Below, one piece after another: positions 40,179 through 54,135 of a DNA stretch of 64,000 bases. Below the pieces are notes generated by a model that was not told the DNA's origin, searched no databases, and was given only the letters and a program-made list of their open reading frames with translations. The translations under genes and the position numbers were made by a program. The DNA lies in NCBI GenBank assembly GCA_012295275.1, contig CM022677.1, positions 12,648,001 through 12,712,000 on the forward strand, written 5' to 3'. Each line of letters begins with the position of its first letter. The first letter of the stretch is position 1. This stretch comes from Chrysomallon squamiferum. Its lineage: Eukaryota; Animalia; Mollusca.

Positions 40179-41230
40179 TTTTGTTTTAAGAGAAATAAAG
40201 TTTAAATGTAGTCCATTATGAATTGTTTGATGAGATCATTTGTTTTAACGCATACTCAGTTTACATAACAGTAAACATTAGTTTTAGTAATGACGATAAT
40301 ATGAGATATCCTACACAGACTACAGTTTAAAATGCGATGCATATAAAACAAAGGACAATTATTATTTATTTTATTTTATTATTTTTTTTTTTTTCAAACC
40401 ATTTCTTCAGACGACAAAACATTTGACAAGCTAAATTAGAAAAAAACAAAACCAACACTAATTTCAGGAAAGTAATATTCTACTATTACCTGTATATATA
40501 TAAGGAAATCAACTCTTCGTGATTTTTAGGATCTACATTTATCTGCAAAATTCATAAATAACAAATACCGCAAATAACAGCAGGAATCCCGCAAACAAAA
40601 TTATTATCATAATGAGAGTAATCTCCCTTCAACTATAGTTTGTTTCTTTCTTCTGTTTATGGGGTTCTCGGTGTACGTCAATGCATACCACAGAAAATCG
40701 CTGAAAACGAAACAACGTATAAAGCTGTATAAAGAGTAATAAATGTGAATGTGTAGGTACGTTCCAGGAATATCAATTTACATAATATAAACAATATGCC
40801 GTATCTATTAATATGTGATAAATAACTAAAATATAAATAATAAAAAATAAATAATAAAAAATAAATACAGATTTATAAAGATTAAAATAATACAAAACTG
40901 GAATATTAACAAACGTTAACTGTCAGCGAAAAAATAGTCTGTCACTAATGACTTTTTTCTTTTTTTCATATTTCTCTCCAAATTTCTCTGTCGTGGCCAG
41001 CTTAAATGTTCGAGGACAATTTATGCAATGTACAGCGAGTACTGACATTTATGATAATTATAAAATAAAACATGAAATAGTAATATACTGAATCGCATCA
41101 ATGTGGTGAATTCTATACATTTTCATTATACAATTTAATTAAGTAAAACTATACAAAATATTACTTAAGAAGTCTATTTTATACGAATGTATTTTTATTT
41201 TACCTCAGTGGAATAATAAGTAATAAGACG

Positions 41231-41233
<3 letters not shown>

Positions 41234-41325
<92 letters not shown>
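41234..41325. repeat. (GT)n(GA)n compound microsatellite
   Basis: Seen directly. Confidence 0.95.
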
Positions 41326-41329
<4 letters not shown>

Positions 41330-41386
41330 CATTTTTAATGCAATAGCTACTTGATGACAATTTACATCTACAATGGACTGCTAATA

Positions 41387-41417
<31 letters not shown>

Positions 41418-42207
41418 GATTTAAGTTATTACAAGCAGTGTAAACCATTACTGACTACTGATAATAAGAATTAGGTGTACATATCAAAACGGACTTGTCG
41501 ACGTTTGGCTGAAATAAGAAGCCAGTGTTAATACTTTGATCAAGACGTTTCACTCTTTGTTGAAATAATGGTGACATGTTTCACTAAAACTAAAAACTTG
41601 AATTACTCGAGGTTAAACATAGAGACCTATGAAAAAAGAACAATTTAAAAAATAATAATATTATAAATATTCACATTCAGCATATTTGATTATTTTGGGT
41701 TTATATTTTTTGATAAATTAATTAATTAATTAAATAAAAACACCCTTAAAAATAATTAAAGTTAAACATTTACAGTTAAAACGATCTTTAATTTTCATCT
41801 CTAGAACAGAGAATTTAGCTATTATAACAGCTGTTACAATGCAGCAAGCATATTTATATCGGTTTGTCGTTTTATCTTTTACCTAAGACAGTGTAGCATT
41901 TACATTTTCAAGCGACAAAAAGACGTAATCATTGTTTTTTGAACGAGACTAATCATTTACACAAACAGGCATCTTTAAAAAATACTGCGGAATTAACCAA
42001 GAAAGAAAGAAGGGATGAAAAAAATAAATAACAAAGCACGACAAAAATAAAAGAAATCAATAACATGCAATAAGAAATACTTTCAAGATATTTTTATTTA
42101 GTTTTCTTTTTTTTTTACATAAATACCTATTTTTCTTTTTTTTTTACAAACAACAAAGAAATCTCTTTCTAGCATCTGCACACATTAAATGCTACATCGT
42201 ATTTCAT

Positions 42208-43729
42208 TTATTCTTCTGGATTTGTGGAACATGGTTGCTTGAATACTTGCCCTTTTTCTAGAATCCAGTAAATTGATACCCATTTAGAGCCAATAACAAC
42301 AGGACAAGCTCCATGAAGTGTCATTTTGTTAGGTGAACCATTTCGATATAAATTACACCAAAATATAGCTGCACCTGCTTTAGGTTGTATTCTTACAGCA
42401 AGATAAGGAAACACTGTTGCACCCACTTCAACATCACTCAAATAGTTTAACCACGTGGCAATTCTGTTTTCACCGGAAGAATATGCTATGTTGAAATAGT
42501 CAGTATGAGCCGTGAACTGTCCGCCTATTCCATAGTTTGCCACCTGAAGTGGCTCTGAAGCTTTCATTGAAAGACCCGTGATTGCTTCAATTCTTTTCTG
42601 ACTTCTCTTGTCTGCTTCTGTGAAAGCTCTTCCTAGAAAATTATTTTTGCTAATTCTTGTCTCAGATTTGAAAATGTTTCCATAGTGATTGATTTCAGAT
42701 GCTTGTAAAAGTGGCATAGAAGCTGTTTTAATGTCTTCAATTGCAGCATCACTGATAAAATCATGATAGAGAAATTTTCGGTGAGAAATGCAGAATCTTT
42801 TCTTTGGCAGGCTTAAGAATTAGAAGCGGATTTTTGTTGTTGTAATGGTAGCGACATTTCAGACGATGTCTCTGTCGTACTTTAATAACGTCTTCACCAC
42901 GACAGAGAGCATCGAGAGTTGTTTTTTCTTTAACTCTGGCATTTTCTTTTCTCTTTTCTTTCCTACATTTTGATATACTTGAATACTTTTTCCTTCTTTT
43001 CGGAGCACGTTCTAGTTCAGGAGCTAACATTAACTGTTCATTTGTCAAATTTAAAACGTGTTCTATCTGTCCCGATTATTCTCTACCGTGTATTTCATAG
43101 ACATGAAGTTCTAACCGAGATACGTTCTGAATTGTTTCCGTTCTTTTTTTCTCAAGACTTATCTCCATCCAAATATGCACATATTTGTATTTTGTCATTT
43201 TATATGCGATGCGACCTAATTGATAACAGTCTTCTGCTGATAATCTCTGTATATATCGTTCATATATAAAACCGTCTGCTAATCTCGTCGCATTTAATTT
43301 GTATGTATCCTGAAGTCGGAACAGAGCTGCAGCGGCCCCTTCTAAATCTTCGTAACTTGGAAGCTGTTCACGAATTTCTTGTAGTTCAGTCAGCTCTGTC
43401 TGGGACGTAATACTTTCGTGAAGAATAGGCTGCACATCACGTTCCCAGTCCAAAGTGAAACGTTTAATATATAAAAATGCACCAATCGGGTTGGCTATGT
43501 AACGATTTGGGTCTTTTAGTGCGATCGAACAGTGATGTTCAGTTTGATTTGAAATTGTTTTCAACTTTTCCAATTTAGTTCCTTGTTCATGAACGTGACT
43601 GAAATTTCTTAATGTTGTTGCCAAGTCTCATCCTGCTAGTACAGAGTTGTAGAGATGTGATACGGACGTAAACAGTTCTGAATTCACAGCTGATAAAAGC
43701 GAAACTAAAGTAATGTACTGCTGATACAT
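42208..43729 (-). pseudogene. P4HA: Intronless prolyl 4-hydroxylase alpha subunit, disabled (probable retrocopy)
   Basis: ATG at 43729 gives a signal peptide and ELFTS; N-terminal domain NPIGAFLYIKRFTLDW and LPSYEDLEGAAAALFRLQDTYKL; LSAEDCYQLGRIAY; ALCRGE..LKCRY..NPLLILKPAKE; catalytic EPLQVANYGIGGQFTAHTDYF..NRIATWLNYLSDVEVGATVFP..HGACPVVIGSKW. TGA at 43628-43630 and frameshifts near 43.1 and 42.77 kb. Confidence 0.92.
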
Positions 43730-44074
43730 ATTTAAAGGTATCTACCAGCGATATGAATACCTAAATATTTGGTATAAAAATAGAGTTATGATGATATAAT
43801 TCTAAATATATATCAGGTTATTGAACTGGTGGGGGCCATCTTAAACATTTTATTTTATTTCTGTTTTTTATTTTATTACAATTTTTAGTTTTAGTTTTTC
43901 TTAATTTATTTTATGAATGTGTTTCAATAAATGACAGTTTTAATAGAAAATGTTTTTATACAAAATCATTAAACCTTATTTCATTTCACTTTATATTTTT
44001 TATTTTTCATTCTTTCTCTGTAGAGGACTAAATGATAGAGGACTACTTTCTATGAAGTGTCTAGAATCTCCTCT

Positions 44075-44415
44075 TAAGTAAATAAATACTGTACAGTAAC
44101 GTGATATCAGAAATTAAGTAAATAAATACTGTACCGTAACGTGATATCAGAAATTAAGTAAATAAATAGTGTAAAGTAACGTGATATCAGAAATTAAGTA
44201 AATAAATAGTGTAAAGTAACGTGATATCAGAAATTAAGTAAATATATAGTGTAAAGTAACGTGATATCAGAAATTAAGTAAATAAATAGTGTAAAGTAAC
44301 GTGATAGCAGAAATTAAGTAAATAAATACTGTACAATAACGTGATATCAGCAGTTTTAAGTAAACAAATACTGTACAGCAATGTGATATTATCAGGCGTG
44401 AAGTAAATAAATACA
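44075..44415. repeat. 40-bp minisatellite, ~8 copies
   Basis: TAAGTAAATAAATA(C/G)TGTA(C/A)AGTAACGTGATATCAGAAAT with exact 40-bp period (44081, 44121, 44161 ... 44321). Confidence 0.95.
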
Positions 44416-44504
44416 ATGGATTAACTCATAACCATCAACTCAGTTTGTGAGATAATCACGTATCAGGTTTATAATTATAATGTCATGACATCTCTCTTCC
44501 TGTT

Positions 44505-45250
44505 ACATACTTGATAACTTATTTGGCTCTCTACCATATCTCTAACACTTGTCTCTGTGTCTACATATATCTCTATTGCTTGTTTATGATTCTCTACCAG
44601 CATGTCTAGTTCTTGTTTATTTCTCTACCATTATCTCTATCACTTACCTTCCTCTCTACAGTTATCTGTATCATTTGTCTCTGTCTCTCTAGTTATATCT
44701 GTATTAGTGTCTGCCTAACATTTATCTCTATCATTTGTCTTTCTACCTGTATATCTATGACTTGTCTCCTTCTCTTTACATACATCACTAATATTTGTCT
44801 CTGTCCTACATAACTAGTATTTGACTCTGTCCCTCTAACTATATCTCTATTGCTTTCTCTCTTTATCTACATCTCTGTCACTGGTCTATATATCTAACTC
44901 CTGTCTGCCTCTCTACCTTTATCTCTGTCTTTTTCTATGTCTTTATCTCTATCATGTGTCTGTCAGTATACCATGATCTCTATCACTTGTCTCTGTTTCT
45001 CTATCTCGATTACATGTCTGACTCTCTCTACCTTTATCACTTGTCTGCCTCACTACCTTATCACTTTTTCTGTTTCACTATCTATATATTGATAATTTTG
45101 CCTGTCTCTTTACTTATATCTCAATCACTTGTCTATCTCTCTAAAACCTGTCTCTATCACTCTACCTATATCTCTATCCAATGTCCCTATATTTCTATAT
45201 CTCTCTCTGCTTATACCTGTCCCAGTCTCAGCTACCAATAATCTCTAACA
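44505..45250. repeat. Degenerate ~32-bp CT-rich minisatellite
   Basis: Recurring TATCTCTATCACTTGTCTCTGTCTCTCTAC-like units. Confidence 0.7.
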
Positions 45251-47164
45251 TTAATGTGTGAGATAAACTAATGCAAAGATAGGATTTATGCTACTGGCTC
45301 AAAATTAACCACACATCTTTTTTCTTTTTTTTTTACATTACTTGAATAGAAGTATTTTTGATTATACATATCATTTTTTTTATTCCTATATAATAATTAT
45401 TTAACAGTCTGGCCATGCAGGTTTAAACTTGCTGAGTTGGTATATAGTTAACACCAGCTTCCTTTGAGGAATTTTAACTCACTGAGCTCAGTTGTTAATG
45501 ATATATTGAATAAGTTTTGATTTTGGAATAATAAACCAGCTTAGCATTCACATCAATAACAGCAACAACAATCAAACATTTTATTTCAAAATGGTCGAAT
45601 TACATAATATGGTCGTTACTCATTTATCTATCTACACAGCTGTGTGTTATCAATCCATCCATCCTTCCATCCAGCATATCTGTTTCAATGAATTCACTTA
45701 TCCATATACCTGTGTGTGTGTCTGCATATATATGTGTGTGTTTGTCTCTCTATTGGTTTGCCCATTCAACATACTTGTATCCCATCTGACTATGTACCTC
45801 TCTTTCTTTTTCTAATTATCTATCTGTCAGTCTGTCTTGTTATCATTCCTATACACGTGTGTGTGTATGTATATATGTATGTATGTATGTGTGTACATCT
45901 ATATGGATAGATCCATCCCTCCAATCAGCGTTAGTGAAAATTATTTATTTCATTTTAATTTATTTTATTTCAATTATTTTATTTTATTTTTATTTATTTA
46001 CTTATTCTTTTAATTTTTTTATTTTTTATTTTATTTGTTTTTGGCTGACGATTTCGTAACAAAAAGTAAAAAAAAAGAAATAGTACGAAATGGGTACGAG
46101 ATGGTATATTACGTCAACGTCAGAAAAAAAAAAAATATATATATATATATATTACCACGTTTTCAGCAGTTACTACAGAGTATTAGCCATCTATGTATAA
46201 GAGGCATTGGTTATATGACATACTTCTCCAAATTACTTTTAATGATCCATGTAGAATTATTGCATTGTAAAAGTCTACATGTTTAAAAGTCTGTAAATAC
46301 TGATCGGCGTTCGTTGCTGCCATCGTGGATTTCGATCGGAAGTTTCTGTTCGGTCACGGAAGTTTTTAAACTTCCAAATACAATTATTTTACATCTACTT
46401 TCTGAACTTTTTATAATTTACACTGATAAAGATGGTTGTTACAAAACTATGATCTCTTCCGCCTTTCCTTTTTAAACTAAAATAAATGAATTAAATAAAT
46501 AAAATAAATAAATAAAATTAAATGAAAAACATTAAATCAAATAGCAATTTTACAATAATTTATCAAATAATAATATCACGATAAATAAACCAAAAATACA
46601 GGAAACTGGTTAGTTAAAAGAAAAAGAAAACGCAGGGAATGTTAATAAGCTGGTTCTGTCTGCTACAAAACATTATACAGAATTGGTTATTTTCATCTAA
46701 AAGCAGCAAATCTAATTTACCGTCACCTCGCATATGCGAGGAGTAATCTATTTCAGAAGTCCGTGATCTAAGAGAAACAACTCTATTTAACACACTTGTT
46801 GGTAAATATACAAAAAAGACTGAGTATCGTAAAATTAAAAAAAAATTAAAAAAAAAGAGTTCAGACTGAATATATATCATTCACTGAATTCAGTAAATTC
46901 ACTAAAATTATTTTATTTAAAACTAGTAGTAAGTTGGTTTAATTCTGGCCCCCGAGGTCTATTATGACTTGAAGCCGCTATACTGCATTTTGAGGTTTCA
47001 AAACTGAGTGCTATTTTTTAGTCCTATAGACATAAGGTTAGTGATAAGTTATGACAGATAAATCAGTTATTAAGTTCAGCAGAAGAAACTTGATTAATAT
47101 GTGATAATTAGGCAAGAAATATGCTTTTTATTTTACTCCACCACTTGGGGCAATTCTGGCACCA

Positions 47165-47449
47165 ATGGATGAGGTAAATGTGGCCCCATATTTGGAGGAA
47201 CCGGTGGATGCAGCCAAAGAAAACGTTGATGGTGATGAGCCTGAACTAGAAGACAGAGATGTAGTAGATACACAAGAAAAATGTGAACTCAGTGGCAGAG
47301 TTGATGATGGAATGAATTCTGACGAGTTCATAGGATGTGACGGGTGCCCAAATTGGTTTTGTTATGATTCTTGCACAAATCTCGAAATCCCAGCTGGTGC
47401 AGACTTTAAAGATATTGTATTCTTGTGTGATATTTGTCAAGGAGTTTAG
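47165..47449 (+). other. Isolated ORF ending in a PHD-finger-like motif (probable transposon C-terminus)
   Basis: Acidic linker followed by KCELSG...DEFIGCDGCPNWFCYDSC...FLCDIC, a partly degenerate C4HC3 pattern. Confidence 0.55.
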
Positions 47450-48151
47450 TTTATTGAAGTTTTGAATCTACTGGTACTGTTTGTATGTCTGTCTGTCTAT
47501 GGATTTATCTCTCTGTAGGTATATCTGTCTCACTGTCTATCTGTCTCTCTGTCTATCTATCTGTCCACCTATCTATCTAACCTCTCAGATTACAGTGATA
47601 AGAAATTAAAACTTCAGCAAAAAAATGTATAAACACTGTTGAAAATATTGGGAGCGGTTCAGTGTATTCTTAAAATACTGAAGGATCTTCGAGATTAACA
47701 TTAATATTAATAAATTAATTTATTTATTTATTTATTTTGTTAACTGTTTTATGTCATAGAAAACAAAACTTGTCCCTGTAAATTACAGTTGAAATGTCCT
47801 TTGTTTTGCAGTAAAGAAAAACAAAATGTTCTTGTTCAAGTAACGTGTAACTCAGTTTTCACCATCCTTTTTTCAGAATCATTTTAATAATTTGTTATTC
47901 ATAAAGTTTTGAGAAAAAATAACCTTATATGTTATTATGAGGAACGCTATTTAGCACACATATTAGAACTGAATGACAATAGTTTATTTGTTTCAAGCAG
48001 ACCTCTTTATACTAACACATTTAAATTTAGTGAAAGAACCATAACGTTTTACATTTATATGTAGCTCTCTAGATTATTCCTAGTTGAATATTAAATGTCT
48101 AATTATGAAGTTAAATTTTAGGGGAGATAATAGAATATTACTTCTTCAGAT

Positions 48152-48831
48152 AATTTTCTGCAGATAACATGTGCCTTTCTGACTTTTCCTATTGTTAATA
48201 GAAAAGTATTTCAATTAATATTCTGAAAGGAAATATTTCTACTATAAAATAAGAATATAATTACCAAGATATTCAGTTTTGCACCTAATAAAAATAAATA
48301 TTTGTATCTCTCTTCAGAAAATTGTTTAATCTTGTTAATATCGTTTATAATAAAATATTTATTTCTTTCGCTTGTCCCGTAAGCTTTTAAAAAAGTTTCA
48401 ATTTATTTGCATAAACTGTGCTCAGAAAAAAACAAAAATTGAAAACAAAAATTAGAAAAGAAATAAAAACAAATGTGTACATTTTTGTTGTTGTAATATA
48501 ACAAAGTTTATACAAATAAGCTAAGATTGAGTAAAAAAAGAAATAAACAAAAATAAAAAACCTGACATTTTCTTTAATTGTACTGCTTTACGTAATTTAA
48601 TTCAGTCAGAACTATTTTATCTGGAATATTAACATAATAATATGTTTGCTATACTACAAAACAGATTTCTATATTTAGAAAATATAGCTAGCTCATCCGG
48701 ATTAAGGACTTCTTCTTTATTTTATTCATTTTAATTGATTTTATATTGTTTTTGATATATTAAAAATCAAACAAATCCGAAAACAAACAACGGAAACACC
48801 TCAGTACTCATTCAAAATTTCTAAAAATAAA

Positions 48832-48885
<54 letters not shown>

Positions 48886-49740
48886 AACAACATTATTACA
48901 GATAAACTCAATTTAATCATGTATATTTAATCATGTTAATAATAAAAATACTGACAACGTAAATACCGACGCGCAGTCTTTCTTCAGATATCTGTAGAAA
49001 TGTAATTCTCAGTTTGTCAGTATAACCGTTGTGACTGTAAAAGCCTTCTCTCCATCTGCAATCTTAATACATTATCCAGAGATACTCGTATTTTCCTGTA
49101 ATATATAATAAATAAATTGTGAGAAAAAAAAAATAATAATAATAACACATATACTCACACAATTCCTTAGTTGTTATTAAAGTTTAAAAAAATGTTTATC
49201 ACTTAACCTGTTCTATAATTCTCGATTTACACTGATTCTACATTCTGTCATATTAACTGCGCTCCTACTAAAGATGATTTTTTAAATTTATTTTTCATAA
49301 ATAAAAATGAAATATTTACTTTATTTATACGGCGTTATTTGATTTTAATAACCTTTTCCAGCAGTATCACCTTTCTTTTCTGTATTCAATAGTGGTTAAA
49401 TACAAAATGTTTGACATTATATAGCGCCGTGTTTCACAATAATATGTGGGTATGTAACAGAAAACAACATTGCACCGTTTCTTAAACTAAATTTTGATAA
49501 CCTTGACATAGTCGAAAAATAAAATGTTATTTTCAGTTACAGCACAGAAGATTTTATTAAAACATTTTATTAAAAACGCGTTAACTTGATAATAAAAATA
49601 AATTTCTGCAGATGACAGGTAGCTGTCTGACTTTTCCTATTTAATAGAAAAGTATATCAATTAATTTTCTGAAATGAAATATTTCTGCTATAAAATAAGA
49701 ATATAATTACCAAGATATTCAGTTTTGCACGTAATAAAAA
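48152..49740. repeat. ~140-bp direct repeat pair (48152-48292 and 49601-49740)
   Basis: Both copies share CTGACTTTTCCTATT..TAATAGAAAAGTAT..CTATAAAATAAGAATATAATTACCAAGATATTCAGTTTTGCAC.TAATAAAAA. Confidence 0.85.
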
Positions 49741-52116
49741 GAAAACACGGAGAAGTCTGGGAAAAGGGAAACTTATTAATGTATTTTCACTCAATCATTC
49801 TGTATTTTATCTATATTTATCTATTATTATTATTGTATTCAGAGGTGATCTAATACAATGAAATATTAATTTTCGAGGTAAACTACAAAAAATCTTGATA
49901 TTTTAAATTTGTTTTGATAATGACGTGTAAAAATATCAGTGTTAAACAGCAGTACAGTTATTATAAGATTAAGGTAATTTTCGCTCATTGTCTCAGTTTA
50001 TTCCTGTAAACTGCTGGTAGTAAATTAAAACGTAAATTCTGTCCAGCGTTCTCAGATTATCTTGAAAAAACTACGCTCATGGAAACTAAATATGATATTT
50101 ATGTCATTAATTCTCGAATATAAATTGCTGAGATTCCATTAAAGTAGGTTTTAAAGTTATACTATTGTGTTCTTTACAAAATATTCTTAAAGTTTTGTAG
50201 AAGACGTATGGATAGGCATGTTGTTGTTTTTTGTTTGTTTTGTGTTTTTTTATGATGTAACTTACAAATTATAATAAAATACAGTAGACATCTCGTAGTA
50301 GAATAAAATGTAACTGTCAGTGAAATTATCAGTATTGTGTATGATGCAAACTAAAGGTAAAACATTGTAAAACATCACGTTATTTTCATTCAGTATCATT
50401 TATGATATAAAACTTGAATTACTTCGCTTATCTCTGTGAATTTTAATATTAATGTCGTTTGCTTTGCAAAATCAAATTCTGTGATTCAAGTAAAGTGTAA
50501 CTTCTCACGTGCTCAGCATTAATTTTTAATTTTTTTTAATTTTTTTTTTTGTAGAGAAGAAACTGTAATTCAGTTTAAGAGAAAACTACTGTCACAATAG
50601 AGTGGCTTCCCCTGTATATCTAGTAATTAAATTATTTATTTCTGAATTTACAAGTCGAGCGCTGTATAAACCACTATAAAATTAACAGGTCAGATCCAGA
50701 TTAAAGTGATATTTGATTAACAGCAGAACAGATTTCACTAAAAAGCTCTGAATGATGCTGAAAACTGAGCTTTTACTTTATAAGAATCCATTCATTTTTG
50801 ATGATACGTTGATAATAAATGATGTCCACATATATATATATATATTTGTTATGATGCAAATCAAAGGTGAACGTAATAAAATATCGATGTAAGCAGTGTT
50901 TTTTTTTTTACTAAGATGGAACGTAATTTCCGCTCAGTCTCAGTTCAGTCGTATAAGCTGCACAGCTGGTACTAAACAAAAACGTAAATTGTGTCGAGCA
51001 GCCTTAAATTATCTTCAGAAAACTACGAAATTAAATGATATTATACACAGAAATTAAAGATTAACTGGTATAATATTGGTTACCATATTTAAAAATATGG
51101 CTTATTTGAAAGGCCCTCTGTATTTCTCAACAACAAAATATATAAATAAATAAATAAATATATGTATAGTTTTATAAAAATTTGTTTTAGAGAGCCATGA
51201 AAAGATATTATCAGTAGTAAACAATTAAAAAAAAAGAAACATTAAGCTTATCCAGCAGTGCAGTTTATAAAGCAAAATGTAGAATCAGGAAAAATAATAT
51301 GATATTTTATATTTATTTCGAATTCTTCACCTTTTCCTGTAATTTTTATTTAACAGTGTCTTCGCCTCGGAAACTTGTTTCACGTGGTAGACTGTAAAAC
51401 TGATGACATAATCGAGATGAACAATAATAATAATAACAGTTTGTACTGTTCATAGAGAGAAGCAGGCGGCGACAGAAAAATTGTTAAAACTAGAATTTAT
51501 GGATTGATAGAGAAACACGTGGACAGATGTGGGTATATGTATTTTGCTGTCAGAAAAAGAAATAGGTATATATATATACACACACACACAAGTTGTGTAT
51601 GTGTGTGTGTACTGAAGGAAATTAGAATTTTTGTATGCGTTATCTGAGGCATGGGTATGTAGGAGAAATAGATGTAGACATAGAGAGAGACAGACAGACA
51701 GATGTGAAAGTGAAAGGATGAGTTGGTACGTACATGTTATCTGTGAGAAAGAGTTAATGTATTTGTTGTCAAATAACTGCTGTATGTGAAAGACAGTGTC
51801 CTTGTTTATGAATAAATAAATACAAGTTCCAAGTGTTTTGTTTGTTGTTGTCTTTTCAAAAAATGAACAGAAAAATGATATAAAAGTAGAGATAAAAAAC
51901 AGAATTATTAATTGGATTATTTTAATGATTTATTCTTAAATTATTGTCTTGATTTTGAATTGTTGTTATTAACATTAAAAGATATTTGTAGATAGCTGAA
52001 ATTAATCAGATTAAAAAAAATAATTTTAGCAAGTCTTTTTAAAAATAAATTTGGAGTAATTTTTATTTTAAAGAAATGAAAATGAAATTATGTTTGTCTA
52101 TAATAATAAAAATAAA

Positions 52117-52150
<34 letters not shown>

Positions 52151-52700
52151 TTTAAAGAATTAAAAATTAATTTGCTTCATTATGGCGTCATTATAACAGC
52201 CTATGACATTATCAAATAAATGTAAAATGTGTTCATAGTACAAAATCTTAAAGGCTTATGTCAGTATAATTCATTATTAGAATTCATTGTTAAAAAGTGG
52301 TGTTTAGTTTTGTCTTAAAATGTTATTGTAATTATATTTCCTATTTAACAAACTTCAGTTTGATTAGTAACAACATGCAGAGTGATCTTGACTGCTCAAA
52401 ATTTATATGAAAAATTCATTGTTTTTATTCAAGGGACAAATCGAAAAAAACTAGTTTTTAGCAAAATAGAAATTTTACAATAATTAATTAAGTAATAATA
52501 ATAACGCAAATAAACAAACAAATAATGGAAATTGGCTATTTATAAACTGTTGGAGTGAATATATGGTACTATTGAAACATTTTGTTCTAAATCATTTTAA
52601 AGAATTAGCTAAATTCATCTAAATGTAGCAATTCAAATTTGGCTTGACACTGCTAAGGGATATAACTTTACGTGTTTGTAAATATACAAAAAAGACTGAG

Positions 52701-52702
<2 letters not shown>

Positions 52703-52757
<55 letters not shown>
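52703..52757. repeat. (GA)n microsatellite
   Basis: Seen directly. Confidence 0.95.
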
Positions 52758-52761
<4 letters not shown>

Positions 52762-53344
52762 AGTATATATATAAATAATGAGTATATATATATGTCAGAT
52801 TATGTTTTGCTAGTTGATAACAAATACAGAAGATGTTGATCAATATATACATAATAAAAATAAAAACACACAAAGACTATTTTTTCTTTATTTATTTTTA
52901 AATTATTTGAATGTGCCTTAACATGTATATTTTATTGTTAAGCAAAAACTCCAAACATTGCTAAAAATATTTAAAATACTGAATTTGCATAATCTTACAA
53001 TATCTCTTAGAATAAAAAATGAAAATTTGAAAGCTGGAGAAATACTGACTGTAATTCTTAAAAGCAAAGATTGTAAGGGACTATTTGAATTACTTTGTTT
53101 GTTGTCACTGATTATGCATTTCTGAACTGTTTTACCAGATTTCCTTGTGTCTGTATTAGGACCCCTGCTACTTACTTAAGTAAACAAGTTTCTTTCTCCA
53201 GATGATAACTTGTGCAGGGTAACTGCTAGTGATGTCTACACTATAACAAAACATGAGGCACTAGATGTTTGTACAAACAAACCAGCTTTAATTTCTATGC
53301 AGCTTGGAAACATTAAATACCAATATGTACTTCATTTTTAGAGA

Positions 53345-54135
53345 CCTTTGATTTCCCCTGATTTAAATAATATAAAGAAAAAAAAAGGAATTTTTTTTTT
53401 TTTTAATAAAAAATTATAGATTTATTTTTTGCCCTTAATCACACAATCTTCAGAATATGTACACAATCATTACATAATTTTAAATATATTTACACTAATT
53501 ACCCGAACTAACGCTTGATTTTCCCCTGATTTAAATAATATAAAGAAAACAAATTGTTTGTTTTTTTATATAAAAAATTATAATTACCACTAATTACACA
53601 ATTTTAGAAACATGTACACAATGATTACCCCCAGCAAACCACTTTACTTTGATAGAAATATTTTCCCCGATTTAAATAATATGAAGAAAAACTATTTTTT
53701 TCATTTTCTATGGGTTTTTTAATAAAAAATTCTGATTACATAATTTTAAATATATTCACACTAATTACCCAACCCTTGATTTCCCCTGATTTAAATAATA
53801 TAAAAAAGAAAAATTGTTTTGTGTTTTTTTTATTTTTTTTTTTTTGATAAAAATTTCCAATTACACCTAATTACATAATCTTCAATTGTATTTATGTTGT
53901 ATTTACCCTTGGTTTTCCCCTGATTTAAAAAACATTAAAGACATTGATTACCCCCATCAAGCTCTTGATTTCCCCCGATTTAAATAATAATGAAAAAAGA
54001 TGAAAGAAATGTTTTGTTGTTGTTGTTTTTTTATAAACATTCTAATTACACCTAATTACAAAATTTTATATATATTTAAACACTGATTACCCCCTGCAAA
54101 ACCCTGATTTTCCCCTGATTTAGATAATATAAAAA
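53345..54135. repeat. Degenerate satellite-like array, ~7 variable-length units
   Basis: Core TTGATTTCCCC(T)GATTTAAATAATATAAA at ~53348, 53515, 53660, 53776, 53910, 53965 and 54105, with shared CTAATTACAC segments. Confidence 0.8.
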
